This document shows, one piece after another, positions 20,274-29,769 of a stretch of DNA of 64,000 nucleotides; the first letter of the stretch is position 1; each line of letters opens with the position of its first letter. Source of the stretch: a virus (Duplodnaviria > Caudoviricetes). The notes beneath the pieces were generated by a model. The model was not told the DNA's origin. It saw only the letters and a program-made list of their open reading frames with translations, and did no database searches. The position numbers were made by a program, and so were the translations under genes. The DNA lies in IMG/VR virus record IMGVR_UViG_3300031784_000006; one strand, 5' to 3'.

Positions 20274-21188
20274 TTAGGCTACTGTTGGGTTCAAGTTTCC
20301 TGTTAAACCAGGAATTCCGGGTCCTAAAGGAAAAGAATTTCCATCCACATCTCCAAAAACAGGGGAATTTTGATTTATTGACCTAACATCTGATGGAGAA
20401 GGAACACCAGTTGCGGTAGATTGTTTTGGTTCAGATTCTGGAGTATATGCTCTTGACGCAAGAGTATATCTATTAAAAGTAAAGGACACAGTACATTTCA
20501 ATAACTGAGCGGAATCATAAGAAACTGGCATTGAGGCAACGCTTACTGGATAAGCCTTAACGAAGGTATAATTTAAATAATTTCCATTGAAATCCCTTTC
20601 AAACTTATTAATAAAAATTTCAGTTCTATATCCATTATCTCCATCAGGATATCCAACTCTATAATTATAATTTCCATCTGGTGCAGTAGAAGTTTCTCCC
20701 ATTGCATATCTCATCCACCCCTCAAAAAAATTAATCACATTATATCCACTATTCAATACTCCACCATCAACATAAAAAGTAAAATCTACAGTATTATCAT
20801 ATTGCCTACGATATCCTAGTCTTTCAGTGACTCCAGTATAATCATCATTAATTTCATTTGTAATGATAGATGACCCGGGAAGAGATGCTTCGGTACAAGA
20901 TATTGAAATAAAATCATCATTATAATTTGTCACCGCCCTAACAGATGCTGGTGGATTAAACCAACACTGAAAGTGAGATGTTAATGCAGGTCTCAGTAAA
21001 AAAGATTTTATTTCAAAAGCACCTTTATAATTTCTTGGTGGTGGAGCTCCACCAGGATTTGATGAAGTAGCACTACCAGTTCCAGGACTTTTTCCTGTAC
21101 CAGAAGTTTGAATGCTGGGAGTTGGAACTGCAGGAACTCCAGGAGCTGGTTGGGGATTAAATGGAATTACCTCTAATGGAGTTGCCAT
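20274..21188 (-). CDS. Tail tube-like / tube initiator protein (gp19/gp54 family)
   Basis: C..ASLPG ... FTFYVD ... FF..WM ... Y....AYP.SV ... TV.F.F. Confidence 0.7.
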   Translation of the reverse strand: MATPLEVIPFNPQPAPGVPAVPTPSIQTSGTGKSPGTGSATSSNPGGAPPPRNYKGAFEIKSFLLRPALTSHFQCWFNPPASVRAVTNYNDDFISISCTEASLPGSSIITNEINDDYTGVTERLGYRRQYDNTVDFTFYVDGGVLNSGYNVINFFEGWMRYAMGETSTAPDGNYNYRVGYPDGDNGYRTEIFINKFERDFNGNYLNYTFVKAYPVSVASMPVSYDSAQLLKCTVSFTFNRYTLASRAYTPESEPKQSTATGVPSPSDVRSINQNSPVFGDVDGNSFPLGPGIPGLTGNLNPTVA

Positions 21189-21189
21189 T

Positions 21190-21197
21190 TATAAATA
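21190..21197 (+). promoter_or_regulatory. T4 late promoter TATAAATA
   Basis: Exact consensus 30 nt upstream of gp4. Confidence 0.8.
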
Positions 21198-21227
21198 CTT
21201 TTACTGATATATTATGTATGATAGAAA

Positions 21228-21668
21228 ATGGCAGAGAGTATTAAAAGTATCTATAAACCATCCTATCCCGAAAAATATAAAGGAAATCCAAATAATATTA
21301 TATGCCGAAGTAGTTGGGAAAGAAAGTTTTGTTATTATTGCGACCACAATCCAAGTATAATTTCTTGGGCGTCTGAAGAGTTTTGTATTAGTTATGTTTC
21401 TCCCGTAGACGGTAAAGTGCATCGATACTTTCCAGATTACCTCATCAAAGTTCAAGAATCTTCTGGAAAGATTAAAACTTATGTAATAGAAGTTAAACCA
21501 AAGAAACAAACTGTTCCACCAAAACAAAGATCTAGAGTAACAAAATCATACCTGTATGAATGCAAAACATATGCAGTGAATCAGGCAAAGTGGAAAGCGG
21601 CAAAAGAATGGTGCGCTGATAGAATGTTAGAGTTTAAACTCATTACCGAAGAGGAGTTATTTAACTGA
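21228..21668 (+). CDS. gp4: Head completion nuclease gp4
   Basis: KYKGNP.NII.RSSWE; HRYFPDY; IEVKP; NQAKWKAA. Confidence 0.92.
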   Translation: MAESIKSIYKPSYPEKYKGNPNNIICRSSWERKFCYYCDHNPSIISWASEEFCISYVSPVDGKVHRYFPDYLIKVQESSGKIKTYVIEVKPKKQTVPPKQRSRVTKSYLYECKTYAVNQAKWKAAKEWCADRMLEFKLITEEELFN

Positions 21669-22054
21669 TGGCAAAAGGTTTCGGACAGTATGCTAATGTT
21701 CCTCCAAGAATGAGAGAACTTAAAAAGAAAATATCAGATGCTGGAACCAATGACCCCGAAGATTTGATGATAATTATTATGGACACATTGAAAGAAGAGG
21801 TATTATATCCGGAACCAGGAAAATTTTATACATTTCTTTACTCACCAAAAACCCCAGATATTGAATACGATCAACACCCTTTGATTGCCTGCACCTCTTT
21901 AGAAAGATGGGGATTTAAAGGAATAAATTTTCATTGGAGACAAAGTAGACAATATACTTGGGAAGAAGTTTTAGGAAAACTTCATGTCGTAAGGTACGAT
22001 GAACTTGACGAAATGATGTCCATACCTTATGCAAAATTCCGTCTAAATAAATAA
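21668..22054 (+). CDS. DNA end protector gp2-like protein
   Basis: PEPGKFYTFLY.PKT..YD.HPLI...GF.GINFHW; follows gp4. Confidence 0.65.
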   Translation: MAKGFGQYANVPPRMRELKKKISDAGTNDPEDLMIIIMDTLKEEVLYPEPGKFYTFLYSPKTPDIEYDQHPLIACTSLERWGFKGINFHWRQSRQYTWEEVLGKLHVVRYDELDEMMSIPYAKFRLNK

Positions 22055-22131
22055 AACCCTTCCTCATAAATGTCTCATACTCTACAAAAAATTGAGATGA
22101 TTTTTCCCATATTTAACTGGGAGGAAGTTTA

Positions 22132-23475
22132 ATGGCGAATCAAACATCTTTCAACTATGGTATGAACTTGGGTGGGAAAACACTGCCAGGAAAAATACTC
22201 ATAGATTATGATAATGGAAATGCAGAATGGTTTAGATTAGGCACATCATATCCAACTTTTAGTTCATCAAAAGATACAGGTGGTTCTGGAAAGTGGGGAT
22301 GGACGCCTTCGGCAAGCGATTCCATTTCAAATTTAAGAAGAGACTTGCCTGTAGGGTTAGACTACAACTCAGATGACGCTTTAATAAAAGATTTTTATAC
22401 TGGCGATTCAATACCAGGATTAAACAATCAAAGAGCATATGCATTCAATAAAAATGCTCCACAAACTGGAAGAAATTTGGGACTTCCGGGCGTAAGAGGA
22501 ACATCTTCAACTCCAGGAGTTCAACCTCAACAACCATCAGACCCAGTAACTCCAGGACAACAACCAGCAGCTACACCAACACCAGATGGGCCAAGTAGTT
22601 CTCCAACAACGGTAGGAGCAAAACCAAAAACAGATCAATCTGCAAACACCTCAGTTATTGCAACGTATCCCCTAGGAATGGATACTACGCAACAAGACAG
22701 AATTAAATTTACCGCATTGGAATATATTCCAAGTGGTAGTTTAAGTGGAGGAACTATTGCCATCCAAAACAGATCAAACCTCAGCGGTAAAAAACCATTA
22801 GGTCATGTATTTTTACCAATACAAGCTACGATTACAGATACAAACTCAGTAGATTGGCAAGGTTCTTCATTAAATGAAATAGACAGAAGTTTAGTAAATC
22901 TTTCTTCAAATGTGATGAATGCTAGTACCAAATCTGCTTTAGATACTGCTTTAGGTTCTGCAGGAACTAAAGCTATAGATAAAATAATCGGAAGCAGTAA
23001 CGAAATTAAAGTTGCCCTCGCCGGAGAAGCTGCTGGCGTTCAAAACTTATTGGGAAGATTTGGAACAATTTTAAACCCAAATTTAGAACTTCTATTTACT
23101 GGGCCCCAACTAAGACCTTTTGATTTTAGATTTCAATTGTCAGCAAGACAAAAAGATGAAGCAGACAATATCAAAAAAATAATAAACTTCTTTAAGAAGA
23201 ATATGGCAGCTCGAAAAGGTGACAATAGCATATTCTTACGTTCACCAAATACTTTTTTAATAGAATATAAGTATAAAGGTTCAGAGACAGAACATCCTGG
23301 AATAGGCAAAATCAAAGAATGCGCTCTTCTCAATTGTTCTGTGGATTATACACCACTAGGAACTTATATGACATATGATGATGGAACTATGGTTTCATAT
23401 GCTATAACATTATCATTTCAAGAATTGGAACCAATTTATGATGATGATTATACAGGTCACTCAATAGGTTACTAA
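22132..23475 (+). CDS. gp48: Baseplate tail-tube cap gp48
   Basis: LNPNLELLF.GP.LR.F.F.F.L; C.L....VDYTP.G. Confidence 0.85.
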   Translation: MANQTSFNYGMNLGGKTLPGKILIDYDNGNAEWFRLGTSYPTFSSSKDTGGSGKWGWTPSASDSISNLRRDLPVGLDYNSDDALIKDFYTGDSIPGLNNQRAYAFNKNAPQTGRNLGLPGVRGTSSTPGVQPQQPSDPVTPGQQPAATPTPDGPSSSPTTVGAKPKTDQSANTSVIATYPLGMDTTQQDRIKFTALEYIPSGSLSGGTIAIQNRSNLSGKKPLGHVFLPIQATITDTNSVDWQGSSLNEIDRSLVNLSSNVMNASTKSALDTALGSAGTKAIDKIIGSSNEIKVALAGEAAGVQNLLGRFGTILNPNLELLFTGPQLRPFDFRFQLSARQKDEADNIKKIINFFKKNMAARKGDNSIFLRSPNTFLIEYKYKGSETEHPGIGKIKECALLNCSVDYTPLGTYMTYDDGTMVSYAITLSFQELEPIYDDDYTGHSIGY

Positions 23476-23476
23476 T

Positions 23477-24490
23477 ATGGCAAATCACTATTTTAAAAAC
23501 GTACCAAACTTTGAATACGTAGATAGGACAAAAGATAGTAAAGAAATATCAAATTACATTACTGTAAAAAATTTATTCAGAAGAGCAAAACTTCGAGAAG
23601 ATATATTTTCTAATCTTTCTTTTTTTGAAAAGTATGAAATACAAGGAGATGAAAGACCTGATAATGTAGCATTTAAATTTTATGAAGATGAAACTTTGGA
23701 TTGGGTAATTCTTCTTTCAAATAATATTCTAAATTCTCAAACAGAGTGGCCACTTCCACAGAATGCATTCACCAAGATACTACTTGATAAATATGGTTCT
23801 TATGATAATCTTTATAATGGAGTTCATCACTATGAGACAATTGAAGTCAGAGACTCTTTAAATAATATCATTCTTCCTCAAGGACTGAGAATCAATAATA
23901 CGTGGAAGACAAATGGGAATTTTATAGAGATGAATAATTCAAAAATATCCCAAGTCTTTTCTGGAAATGGAGTAACTCCATCTACAACTGCAACAATAAC
24001 ATTGAAAACAGGACTTCAGGGATTGACTGTTGGTTCGGAAGTTTTAATCAATAATATTTCTGAGCAAGTATACAACGGAAGATATGAAGTTACTTCAGTA
24101 TCTTTAGATGCATCTTCTAACCTAACAATATCGTTTACATGTGAATTACCAACAACTCCAGTTGCAGCTTCACCAACACTAAGTACTAGCAGTCAAGAAG
24201 AAGTTTTATTTAAAGATAATATTGGAGGCAATTCTTATTACTATGAATACTTTGATTACAACTTGGGATATTATATCACATTATCATCTTCATCAATATT
24301 ATCAGAAATTACAAACTACAATTACGAATTAAGTGAAGAAAATAAAAAAAGAAGTATTTTTATTTTAAAACCAAGTTATTTGAATGTCTTCTTTAATGAT
24401 TTGGCAGATATTATGACATACAAAAATGGTAGCACTCAGTATGTGAATGCTACCTTGAAGAGAGGAAATAATTCTAGACTTTATGAATAA
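23477..24490 (+). CDS. gp53: Baseplate wedge gp53 with an internal insertion
   Basis: YFKNVPNFEY; ERPD.VA..FY....DWVILL.NNI; HHYET. Confidence 0.85.
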   Translation: MANHYFKNVPNFEYVDRTKDSKEISNYITVKNLFRRAKLREDIFSNLSFFEKYEIQGDERPDNVAFKFYEDETLDWVILLSNNILNSQTEWPLPQNAFTKILLDKYGSYDNLYNGVHHYETIEVRDSLNNIILPQGLRINNTWKTNGNFIEMNNSKISQVFSGNGVTPSTTATITLKTGLQGLTVGSEVLINNISEQVYNGRYEVTSVSLDASSNLTISFTCELPTTPVAASPTLSTSSQEEVLFKDNIGGNSYYYEYFDYNLGYYITLSSSSILSEITNYNYELSEENKKRSIFILKPSYLNVFFNDLADIMTYKNGSTQYVNATLKRGNNSRLYE

Positions 24491-25441
24491 TCAGTCTTCA
24501 GCAAGACGCTGGAAGTAGGAGAGAGCATCATCTTCATCATCATCCTGTGTAATCTTGGGAAGTGAGGGAGACTTTGAGCGAACATAAGACTGTTCTAGTT
24601 CTTCCATAACTTTATCCTCACGAGTAGGAGTGGAAGAATAAGATTCGAACTCATCCTCTTGCTCAACGACAGCACGAGATTGAACTGCTGTATTAGTCTG
24701 ACTCAAACCAAGAACATAGTTCATACGAGTCTCAAGTTCTTTATATGTCTTGAATTGGTCTGGTGCAGTGATTGCAGAAAGAGAATATTCCTTCTTCCAG
24801 ATTGCTTCAAGTGCATCATCATCGTCCAGAAGAGGTGCAACACGATCAAACTCAGACTTATCGTAGTTCCAATAACCATCCTTCTTGACAATCTTGAGTT
24901 TGAAGTTTGCTCCAGCCCAGAAGTCAAAGGGATTGATTGGTTCTTCATCTTCAAATTCTGGTTGCATTGCATTCAGAATTTTATCAAAGATTTTCTTACC
25001 ATATTTAAATAGAAATACTTTTCCCTCATTTTGAGGATTAGTAGGATCCTTGACTACGTAAATGTTGGAATAATAAGACAGTTTACGCTTTTGTTTACGA
25101 ACAGTATCCTTATCTTTTTCACTACCACTATTCCAAAGACCACGATTGAATTCGCTGACAGGATCTTTTTGGCCTAGAGTTGTCAATGAATTTTCGATAT
25201 ACCAACCACCAGGACCTTGGAATGCATGAGAATACATCTTAATCCAAGGAAGTTCTTCCCCATCGGGAGCGGGAAGAAAACGAATGATTGCCGAACCTAC
25301 TCCAGTTTTATCCATCTCGGGTTTCCAGAGACGCTCATCAGCTCCACTGGAAGTAGTGCTCATTTTTTCTACTTGCTTTACCAACTTTTCAGTCAGAGAA
25401 CCAAGAGAAGATTGCTTTTTAAGATTTGCAAAATTAGACAT
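24491..25441 (-). CDS. gp32: Single-stranded DNA-binding protein gp32
   Basis: IIRFLP; HAFQGPGGWYIENSLTT; GANFKLKI; acidic tail ending YFQRLAED. Confidence 0.95.
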   Translation of the reverse strand: MSNFANLKKQSSLGSLTEKLVKQVEKMSTTSSGADERLWKPEMDKTGVGSAIIRFLPAPDGEELPWIKMYSHAFQGPGGWYIENSLTTLGQKDPVSEFNRGLWNSGSEKDKDTVRKQKRKLSYYSNIYVVKDPTNPQNEGKVFLFKYGKKIFDKILNAMQPEFEDEEPINPFDFWAGANFKLKIVKKDGYWNYDKSEFDRVAPLLDDDDALEAIWKKEYSLSAITAPDQFKTYKELETRMNYVLGLSQTNTAVQSRAVVEQEDEFESYSSTPTREDKVMEELEQSYVRSKSPSLPKITQDDDEDDALSYFQRLAED

Positions 25442-25488
25442 TTGTACCTCGTATTATTTGAGATTTGGCCTTTGTGTACTTCGTTATT

Positions 25489-25833
25489 CTACAGGTCAGA
25501 ACCCGTCTTGTCAATCTGATGTTTCATCATCTCAAGCATCTTTGACATATTATTGAGAATGACATTCATATCTGTGCCAGGAGGCATACCCATCATAATA
25601 GCAGAACTGACAATACGTTCTTTCATTTCTTTTGCCTCAGGGTCATCAGATAAACTCATTCTTGTGTAAAGAACTTTTTGTTTATCCAAAAGAGTTTCAA
25701 GAACTTTAACATGTTCAAGTTTTTCACTTTTAGACATTGATGAAAACTTAAAAATATTACTATAAATTTGTTCTTGAAGTTCTGCAATTTCAGTCATCTC
25801 TGCACGGACAACTTCGGAACTAAAAAAACTCAT
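25489..25833 (-). CDS. DUF1825-like conserved cyanophage protein
   Basis: MSFF.SE.V ... YTR.SLSDDPEA. Confidence 0.6.
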   Translation of the reverse strand: MSFFSSEVVRAEMTEIAELQEQIYSNIFKFSSMSKSEKLEHVKVLETLLDKQKVLYTRMSLSDDPEAKEMKERIVSSAIMMGMPPGTDMNVILNNMSKMLEMMKHQIDKTGSDL

Positions 25834-26426
25834 TGATCCTCCAAGACAATTTCCTTTAAAATTCGCCTGAAACGAAATACGTCAATATTTAGGAATGGAT
25901 TATATTTTTTAATCCGACGACTGACGGTTTGCCACACCGGGTCTTGAAGTTTCTTATCGAACCTGTTCCCGAACAGGAATATTCTATCATAAATCACCAT
26001 AGTTTCCAGGCTAATTTTCCCGCTCAGGAACTTTTTTAGAAGAGGTGGATGTCCCTTAGAACACTTAAAGACATCCTCAAATTTATTTTCTTCAAATAAA
26101 GATTGACTTTCTTCTTTAAAGATATAAGACAGTGATTGAATTTTCTTCTGCCAGTTTTGATATCTTTCCTCTCCCTCCTTTATCATTTCACCAATCCAAA
26201 GTGTTTCTGGATCTGGACAAGATACAAAATTAGCAACAAAAAAATCTACAACCTCTTCATCGGTTTTTTGTCTTGAAATTTTTTCAAACCACATTCTATC
26301 TTTTCTTTTATAAAAAGATTGAATAGTTGCTCTTGATTTACCACAATATTTAAAGTAATCATAAGTGTCTTTTGTGAAGTGATTCTTCAAAGACAAATAG
26401 CATTTATATGAATCAAAAGGCATCAT
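25830..26426 (-). CDS. gp59: Helicase loader gp59
   Basis: Y..YLSLK.HFT...YDYFKY.GK ... KRKD...F. Confidence 0.9.
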   Translation of the reverse strand: MMPFDSYKCYLSLKNHFTKDTYDYFKYCGKSRATIQSFYKRKDRMWFEKISRQKTDEEVVDFFVANFVSCPDPETLWIGEMIKEGEERYQNWQKKIQSLSYIFKEESQSLFEENKFEDVFKCSKGHPPLLKKFLSGKISLETMVIYDRIFLFGNRFDKKLQDPVWQTVSRRIKKYNPFLNIDVFRFRRILKEIVLEDQ

Positions 26427-26682
26427 TAAAAAACTAATTTAGCACGAGATGTTTTCTTTAGAAAATTCAGTTCCATTGCTTCATACTTAATCTTTTCCTT
26501 CAAAGGTTTTGAAATAAGTTTAGGAACTGATTCTAAATCAATGTTGTTTTGTTCACAGAAATAGATAATCGCATCAATGTAATTCATCTCAACGTTTACC
26601 TGCACAAGACTTTCAATCTCCTGAGCGAAACGTGACGGACAAAAGAATTTACTTTCTAATGCTTTCTCTAATTCATTCTCCA
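26426..26682 (-). CDS. gp33: Late transcription coactivator gp33
   Basis: F..EIE.LV...NYIDAI..FCE.N.ID.ESVPKLISKPLKEKI..EA..LNFL. Confidence 0.88.
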
Positions 26683-27353
26683 TCTGACCCAATATTGTGA
26701 TGTACAAATTCTTTGATATAACGAACTAATAGTCTAATATAATCGTCTTTGTTTCTTTTGTCAAATACTTTAACTTCGCCACCAGGAGTAACCATTAGTG
26801 TAATAAGTTTTTTAACAACTTGACCAGTAAGTTCATAGTACGCAGCAGCATAAAATGTTTCTTGCACAAAGTAGTTTTCAATCCACTCTTCTGGTTTAAT
26901 TTTGTCTGAGGTCTTAAAGTCAATGACTGCTAACTCCCCTTCATATTCAGCAATACAGTCAACCCGCCCAGCGAGTCCAAGATATTCTGAATAGAGAGTT
27001 CTTTCAATCGCATGAATATTATTTATCTTATCAAGGTAGGGTTTAGCATGGTGAAACATATGTTTTGTCAGGACTTGATAATTATCCCAAACAAGTTCTT
27101 TATTTTCGAGATAGTCTTGACAGACTTGGTGAAAATCGGTCCCCCTTGCAGTAGCTCTTTTAGTAATACGATTTGCTTCTTCAAGACCTACACGTTGTCT
27201 CCACTTTGCAAAAATTTGACGATTATAAAAAGAAGTTACAGAGGTAATAGAAGGCACCCAGTTTCCATTAGGTAAATTATAGAGACGGATGCTTTCTGTT
27301 GTTTTACACTCTAATTCAATGTCACCCAAATAATTATGATGAATAAAACTCAT
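26673..27353 (-). CDS. PD-(D/E)XK exonuclease (Cas4-like phage exonuclease)
   Basis: PSITSV; RGTDFH; LAGRVDCIAEY...VIDFKTS. Confidence 0.85.
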   Translation of the reverse strand: MSFIHHNYLGDIELECKTTESIRLYNLPNGNWVPSITSVTSFYNRQIFAKWRQRVGLEEANRITKRATARGTDFHQVCQDYLENKELVWDNYQVLTKHMFHHAKPYLDKINNIHAIERTLYSEYLGLAGRVDCIAEYEGELAVIDFKTSDKIKPEEWIENYFVQETFYAAAYYELTGQVVKKLITLMVTPGGEVKVFDKRNKDDYIRLLVRYIKEFVHHNIGSDGE

Positions 27354-28102
27354 ACACCGACTTCCATTTTAGCAAGAATATATTCTTTTACAAATCCACT
27401 GCGAACAATGTCATCAACACCAAACTCAATAATATCAATTGAAGGCATGAGACGAAGAACCTTCATAAAATCAACAATACCATTCCTTTCGTTTGTTTTA
27501 ATCAAATCGGATTGAGTAGCATCTCCACAGAACATAATCTTAGAGTTCTCACCAACACGAGTAATGATACTATCGAGTTCATGATAGTTTAGATTTTGAA
27601 ATTCATCTACAATAATGATTGCATTGTCCAGAGTAGTTCCGCGAATAAAAGAAGTACTCCAAAAACTAATCGTTCCTTGAGTTTTGAGGTTTCCATAGAG
27701 CATTTCAAATGATGCATCATCTGGCATTTGGAACATATACTTTACCATATTCTTATACGGAATCTGATAAAGTGAAGACTTATCTTCATGGTCTCCTGGG
27801 AGAAAACCAATCTCACGAGTGGCAACAAGAGACCTTACAATATAAATTTTTTCGTAAGGACTTCTTTCATCAAGAACATCTTGAAGTGCATTATAAAGAG
27901 TGATGAAGGTCTTTCCTGTTCCAGCACATCCATAAGCAACTATATGTTGACCCTTTTCATATGCCCCAAATAAAAGCTTTTGATTATCTGTCAGAGGTTC
28001 AATGTCTCGCATCAAATCAAGACTGATTGGTTTTTTGCGCTTCATTTGTTTAGCCGTCATTCCAACACCAATTGGTTGGTCTTCTTTTCTTCTTCTTGCC
28101 AT
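27350..28102 (-). CDS. phoH: PhoH family ATPase
   Basis: GCAGTGKT; GFLPG; TSFIRGTTL; VDEFQN; GD..QSD. Confidence 0.95.
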   Translation of the reverse strand: MARRRKEDQPIGVGMTAKQMKRKKPISLDLMRDIEPLTDNQKLLFGAYEKGQHIVAYGCAGTGKTFITLYNALQDVLDERSPYEKIYIVRSLVATREIGFLPGDHEDKSSLYQIPYKNMVKYMFQMPDDASFEMLYGNLKTQGTISFWSTSFIRGTTLDNAIIIVDEFQNLNYHELDSIITRVGENSKIMFCGDATQSDLIKTNERNGIVDFMKVLRLMPSIDIIEFGVDDIVRSGFVKEYILAKMEVGV

Positions 28103-28109
28103 AAAAAAA

Positions 28110-28358
28110 TTAAATTGGTTTTACTGTTGAACCTGGGACTTTTGATGCTTTGTGGAGAACATCATTCCAACCTGGATGAGACTTCTTAAGTCTATCATAA
28201 ACTTCTCCGACTTCTCCGGAAGAGGGGCAAGTGGATGGGTCTGACCAATCCCTATCCCACTCAGGATTATCTTTTTTCCATTGATCCCAATCATGAACAC
28301 TGAGAACGACTTCTTTTTGTTCTCCAGTATTTTTATTAATAACAGGATATGTTGCCAA
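28110..28358 (-). CDS. Conserved hypothetical protein (MATYPVIN...)
   Basis: ORF between thyX and phoH, as is common in cyanomyoviruses. Confidence 0.65.
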   Translation of the reverse strand: MATYPVINKNTGEQKEVVLSVHDWDQWKKDNPEWDRDWSDPSTCPSSGEVGEVYDRLKKSHPGWNDVLHKASKVPGSTVKPI

Positions 28359-28387
28359 ATTTATTCCTCCATTGTATGTAAGGATAT

Positions 28388-29076
28388 TTATTCAATAGTA
28401 ATCGAAGGGGGATCAATACAATCCGAACATCCTTCGCGAGTCCAACCAAGTGCTTCAGATACTGCAGGAAACTGGCAGGTGAAGATGCAACGAACAAGTT
28501 CTGCAATCTCCATGTGTTCCTTCTGTGTTCCATGTGCAGAGCGAAGATCGATGTAGTGTATCCATGACCGCACAGAACCGGTCATATAGAGGCGTGTAGG
28601 GGTCGCTAGCGGCAGTACGAACCTTGCACACTCCTTTGCTACTCCTTTCTCCAGAAGGCGATTATAGAGGCGTAGAGACTGCTCAAAATGAACACGGATA
28701 TCTTCTGTAAGAGTCAAACGCAGATAGTCAGGAATATCATCAATACTATTCTGACGATTCTTGGTATCCTGACGACGGAGTTCAGGAAGAGGAATAGTCT
28801 TATTCAAAAGATTTGCGTCAGCATATCGTTGAGAAAATTCTTGATATGTAAAACTACGGTGACGCAAAATTTGAGCCGCAATACCACGAGTAGTATTAAT
28901 TTCTACAGTCATACTCGCTTGCTCAAAGATACTCCAGTGTTGATGTTGAATACAATACTTGAGCAGTCCAGAGAACTTCTCATTCTCTTGATTAGCAGGA
29001 TTACTCACTCTTGCACAATAAGCCATGTGCTTCTCTGCATCCGGAGTAACACTGATGAGTTTTACTTCTGGTTTCA
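28388..29076 (-). CDS. thyX: FAD-dependent thymidylate synthase
   Basis: RHRSFTYQEFSQRYA ThyX motif; start codon uncertain. Confidence 0.95.
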
Positions 29077-29099
29077 TGAACTCGAATTCAGTATAATTC

Positions 29100-29273
29100 T
29101 CAATAGTCATCTAAATCACTATCCTCAAAAATTTCGTCATAGTCGGCAAGATAAGGAACAACTTCCTCATAATTCAGTTTATAAGAATCTACATCAGAAT
29201 AAATCTCCGACTTTAAACATTCTACCAGAGATTCAAGATTTCTGACAATTAACTTAAGCTTCTCTCTATCCAT
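29100..29273 (-). CDS. Small acidic hypothetical protein, 57 aa (MDREKLKLIVRNLE...)
   Basis: Hand translation; lies downstream of a sigma70 promoter. Confidence 0.65.
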   Translation of the reverse strand: MDREKLKLIVRNLESLVECLKSEIYSDVDSYKLNYEEVVPYLADYDEIFEDSDLDDY

Positions 29274-29296
29274 TCATATGAACGCTGACAAAGCTA

Positions 29297-29335
29297 ATTA
29301 TATACAAAAAAAAGAGGGGAGTCAAGTCCCCTCTG
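29297..29335 (-). promoter_or_regulatory. sigma70 promoter overlapping an intrinsic terminator
   Basis: TTGACT-17-TATAAT inside hairpin AGAGGGGA/TCCCCTCT plus T-tract. Confidence 0.8.
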
Positions 29336-29357
29336 ATTTAAACATTTTTTTCAAACA

Positions 29358-29456
29358 TTATCTATTACCAACAAGTTGAGCAATAGATGCTTGATAACGA
29401 CGATTTTCTTTTAGCTTCTGCTCTTTAATGAGTTGAAGTACATTGAGTTTCTTCAT
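29358..29456 (-). CDS. 32-aa basic peptide (MKKLNVLQLIKEQKLKENRRYQASIAQLVGNR)
   Basis: ATGA overlap with the DUF4278 gene; GGAG RBS. Confidence 0.65.
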   Translation of the reverse strand: MKKLNVLQLIKEQKLKENRRYQASIAQLVGNR

Positions 29457-29590
29457 TTGTGACCCTCCTTAGTAAACTTAACACCACGATAGGTTTCGTT
29501 ATACTGTTGGGGTTGTTGCATCATTTGTTGTTGATACTCCAGACGCTTCTGGGTATCATACTCGATGCCACGATATACTACTTTAGCCAT
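29453..29590 (-). CDS. DUF4278-family small protein (45 aa)
   Basis: Two YRG motifs: MAKVVYRGIEY...TYRGVKF. Confidence 0.8.
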   Translation of the reverse strand: MAKVVYRGIEYDTQKRLEYQQQMMQQPQQYNETYRGVKFTKEGHK

Positions 29591-29619
29591 TAGGATTTCT
29601 TCCAGAATGAGATTGTTAG

Positions 29620-29720
29620 TCCCGTTCCTTCGGGCGGTTTGCGTTCGCTATATGCGAATAGCGAATGAACGTTCCGTTCCGCCGTCCTACTTGCGTCGGA
29701 TTTCTCCGATGAACGTAAGG
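29620..29720 (-). ncRNA. Tandem glutamine riboswitch (glnA / Downstream-peptide class)
   Basis: Two CGTTCA-stem-CGCAA...GGAACG units in the 5' UTR of the DUF4278 gene. Confidence 0.75.
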
Positions 29721-29722
29721 TC

Positions 29723-29751
29723 ATTATAGACCCGTTAATATAGTTATGCAA
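29723..29751 (-). promoter_or_regulatory. sigma70 promoter for the riboswitch transcript
   Basis: TTGCAT-17-TATAAT immediately upstream of the first aptamer. Confidence 0.75.
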
Positions 29752-29769
29752 GAACTTTTGTTACTTTTG

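Noticed and set aside
21186-21196. Bidirectional late promoter (palindrome ATTTATAAAT)
   Set aside because: On the minus strand it overlaps the ATG of the tail-tube-like gene, so it could not plausibly transcribe that start; only the plus-strand promoter is kept.
26673-27353. Cas4-like nuclease as evidence of a CRISPR system
   Set aside because: Usual cyanophage exonuclease next to phoH; no repeat-spacer array or other cas genes in the window.
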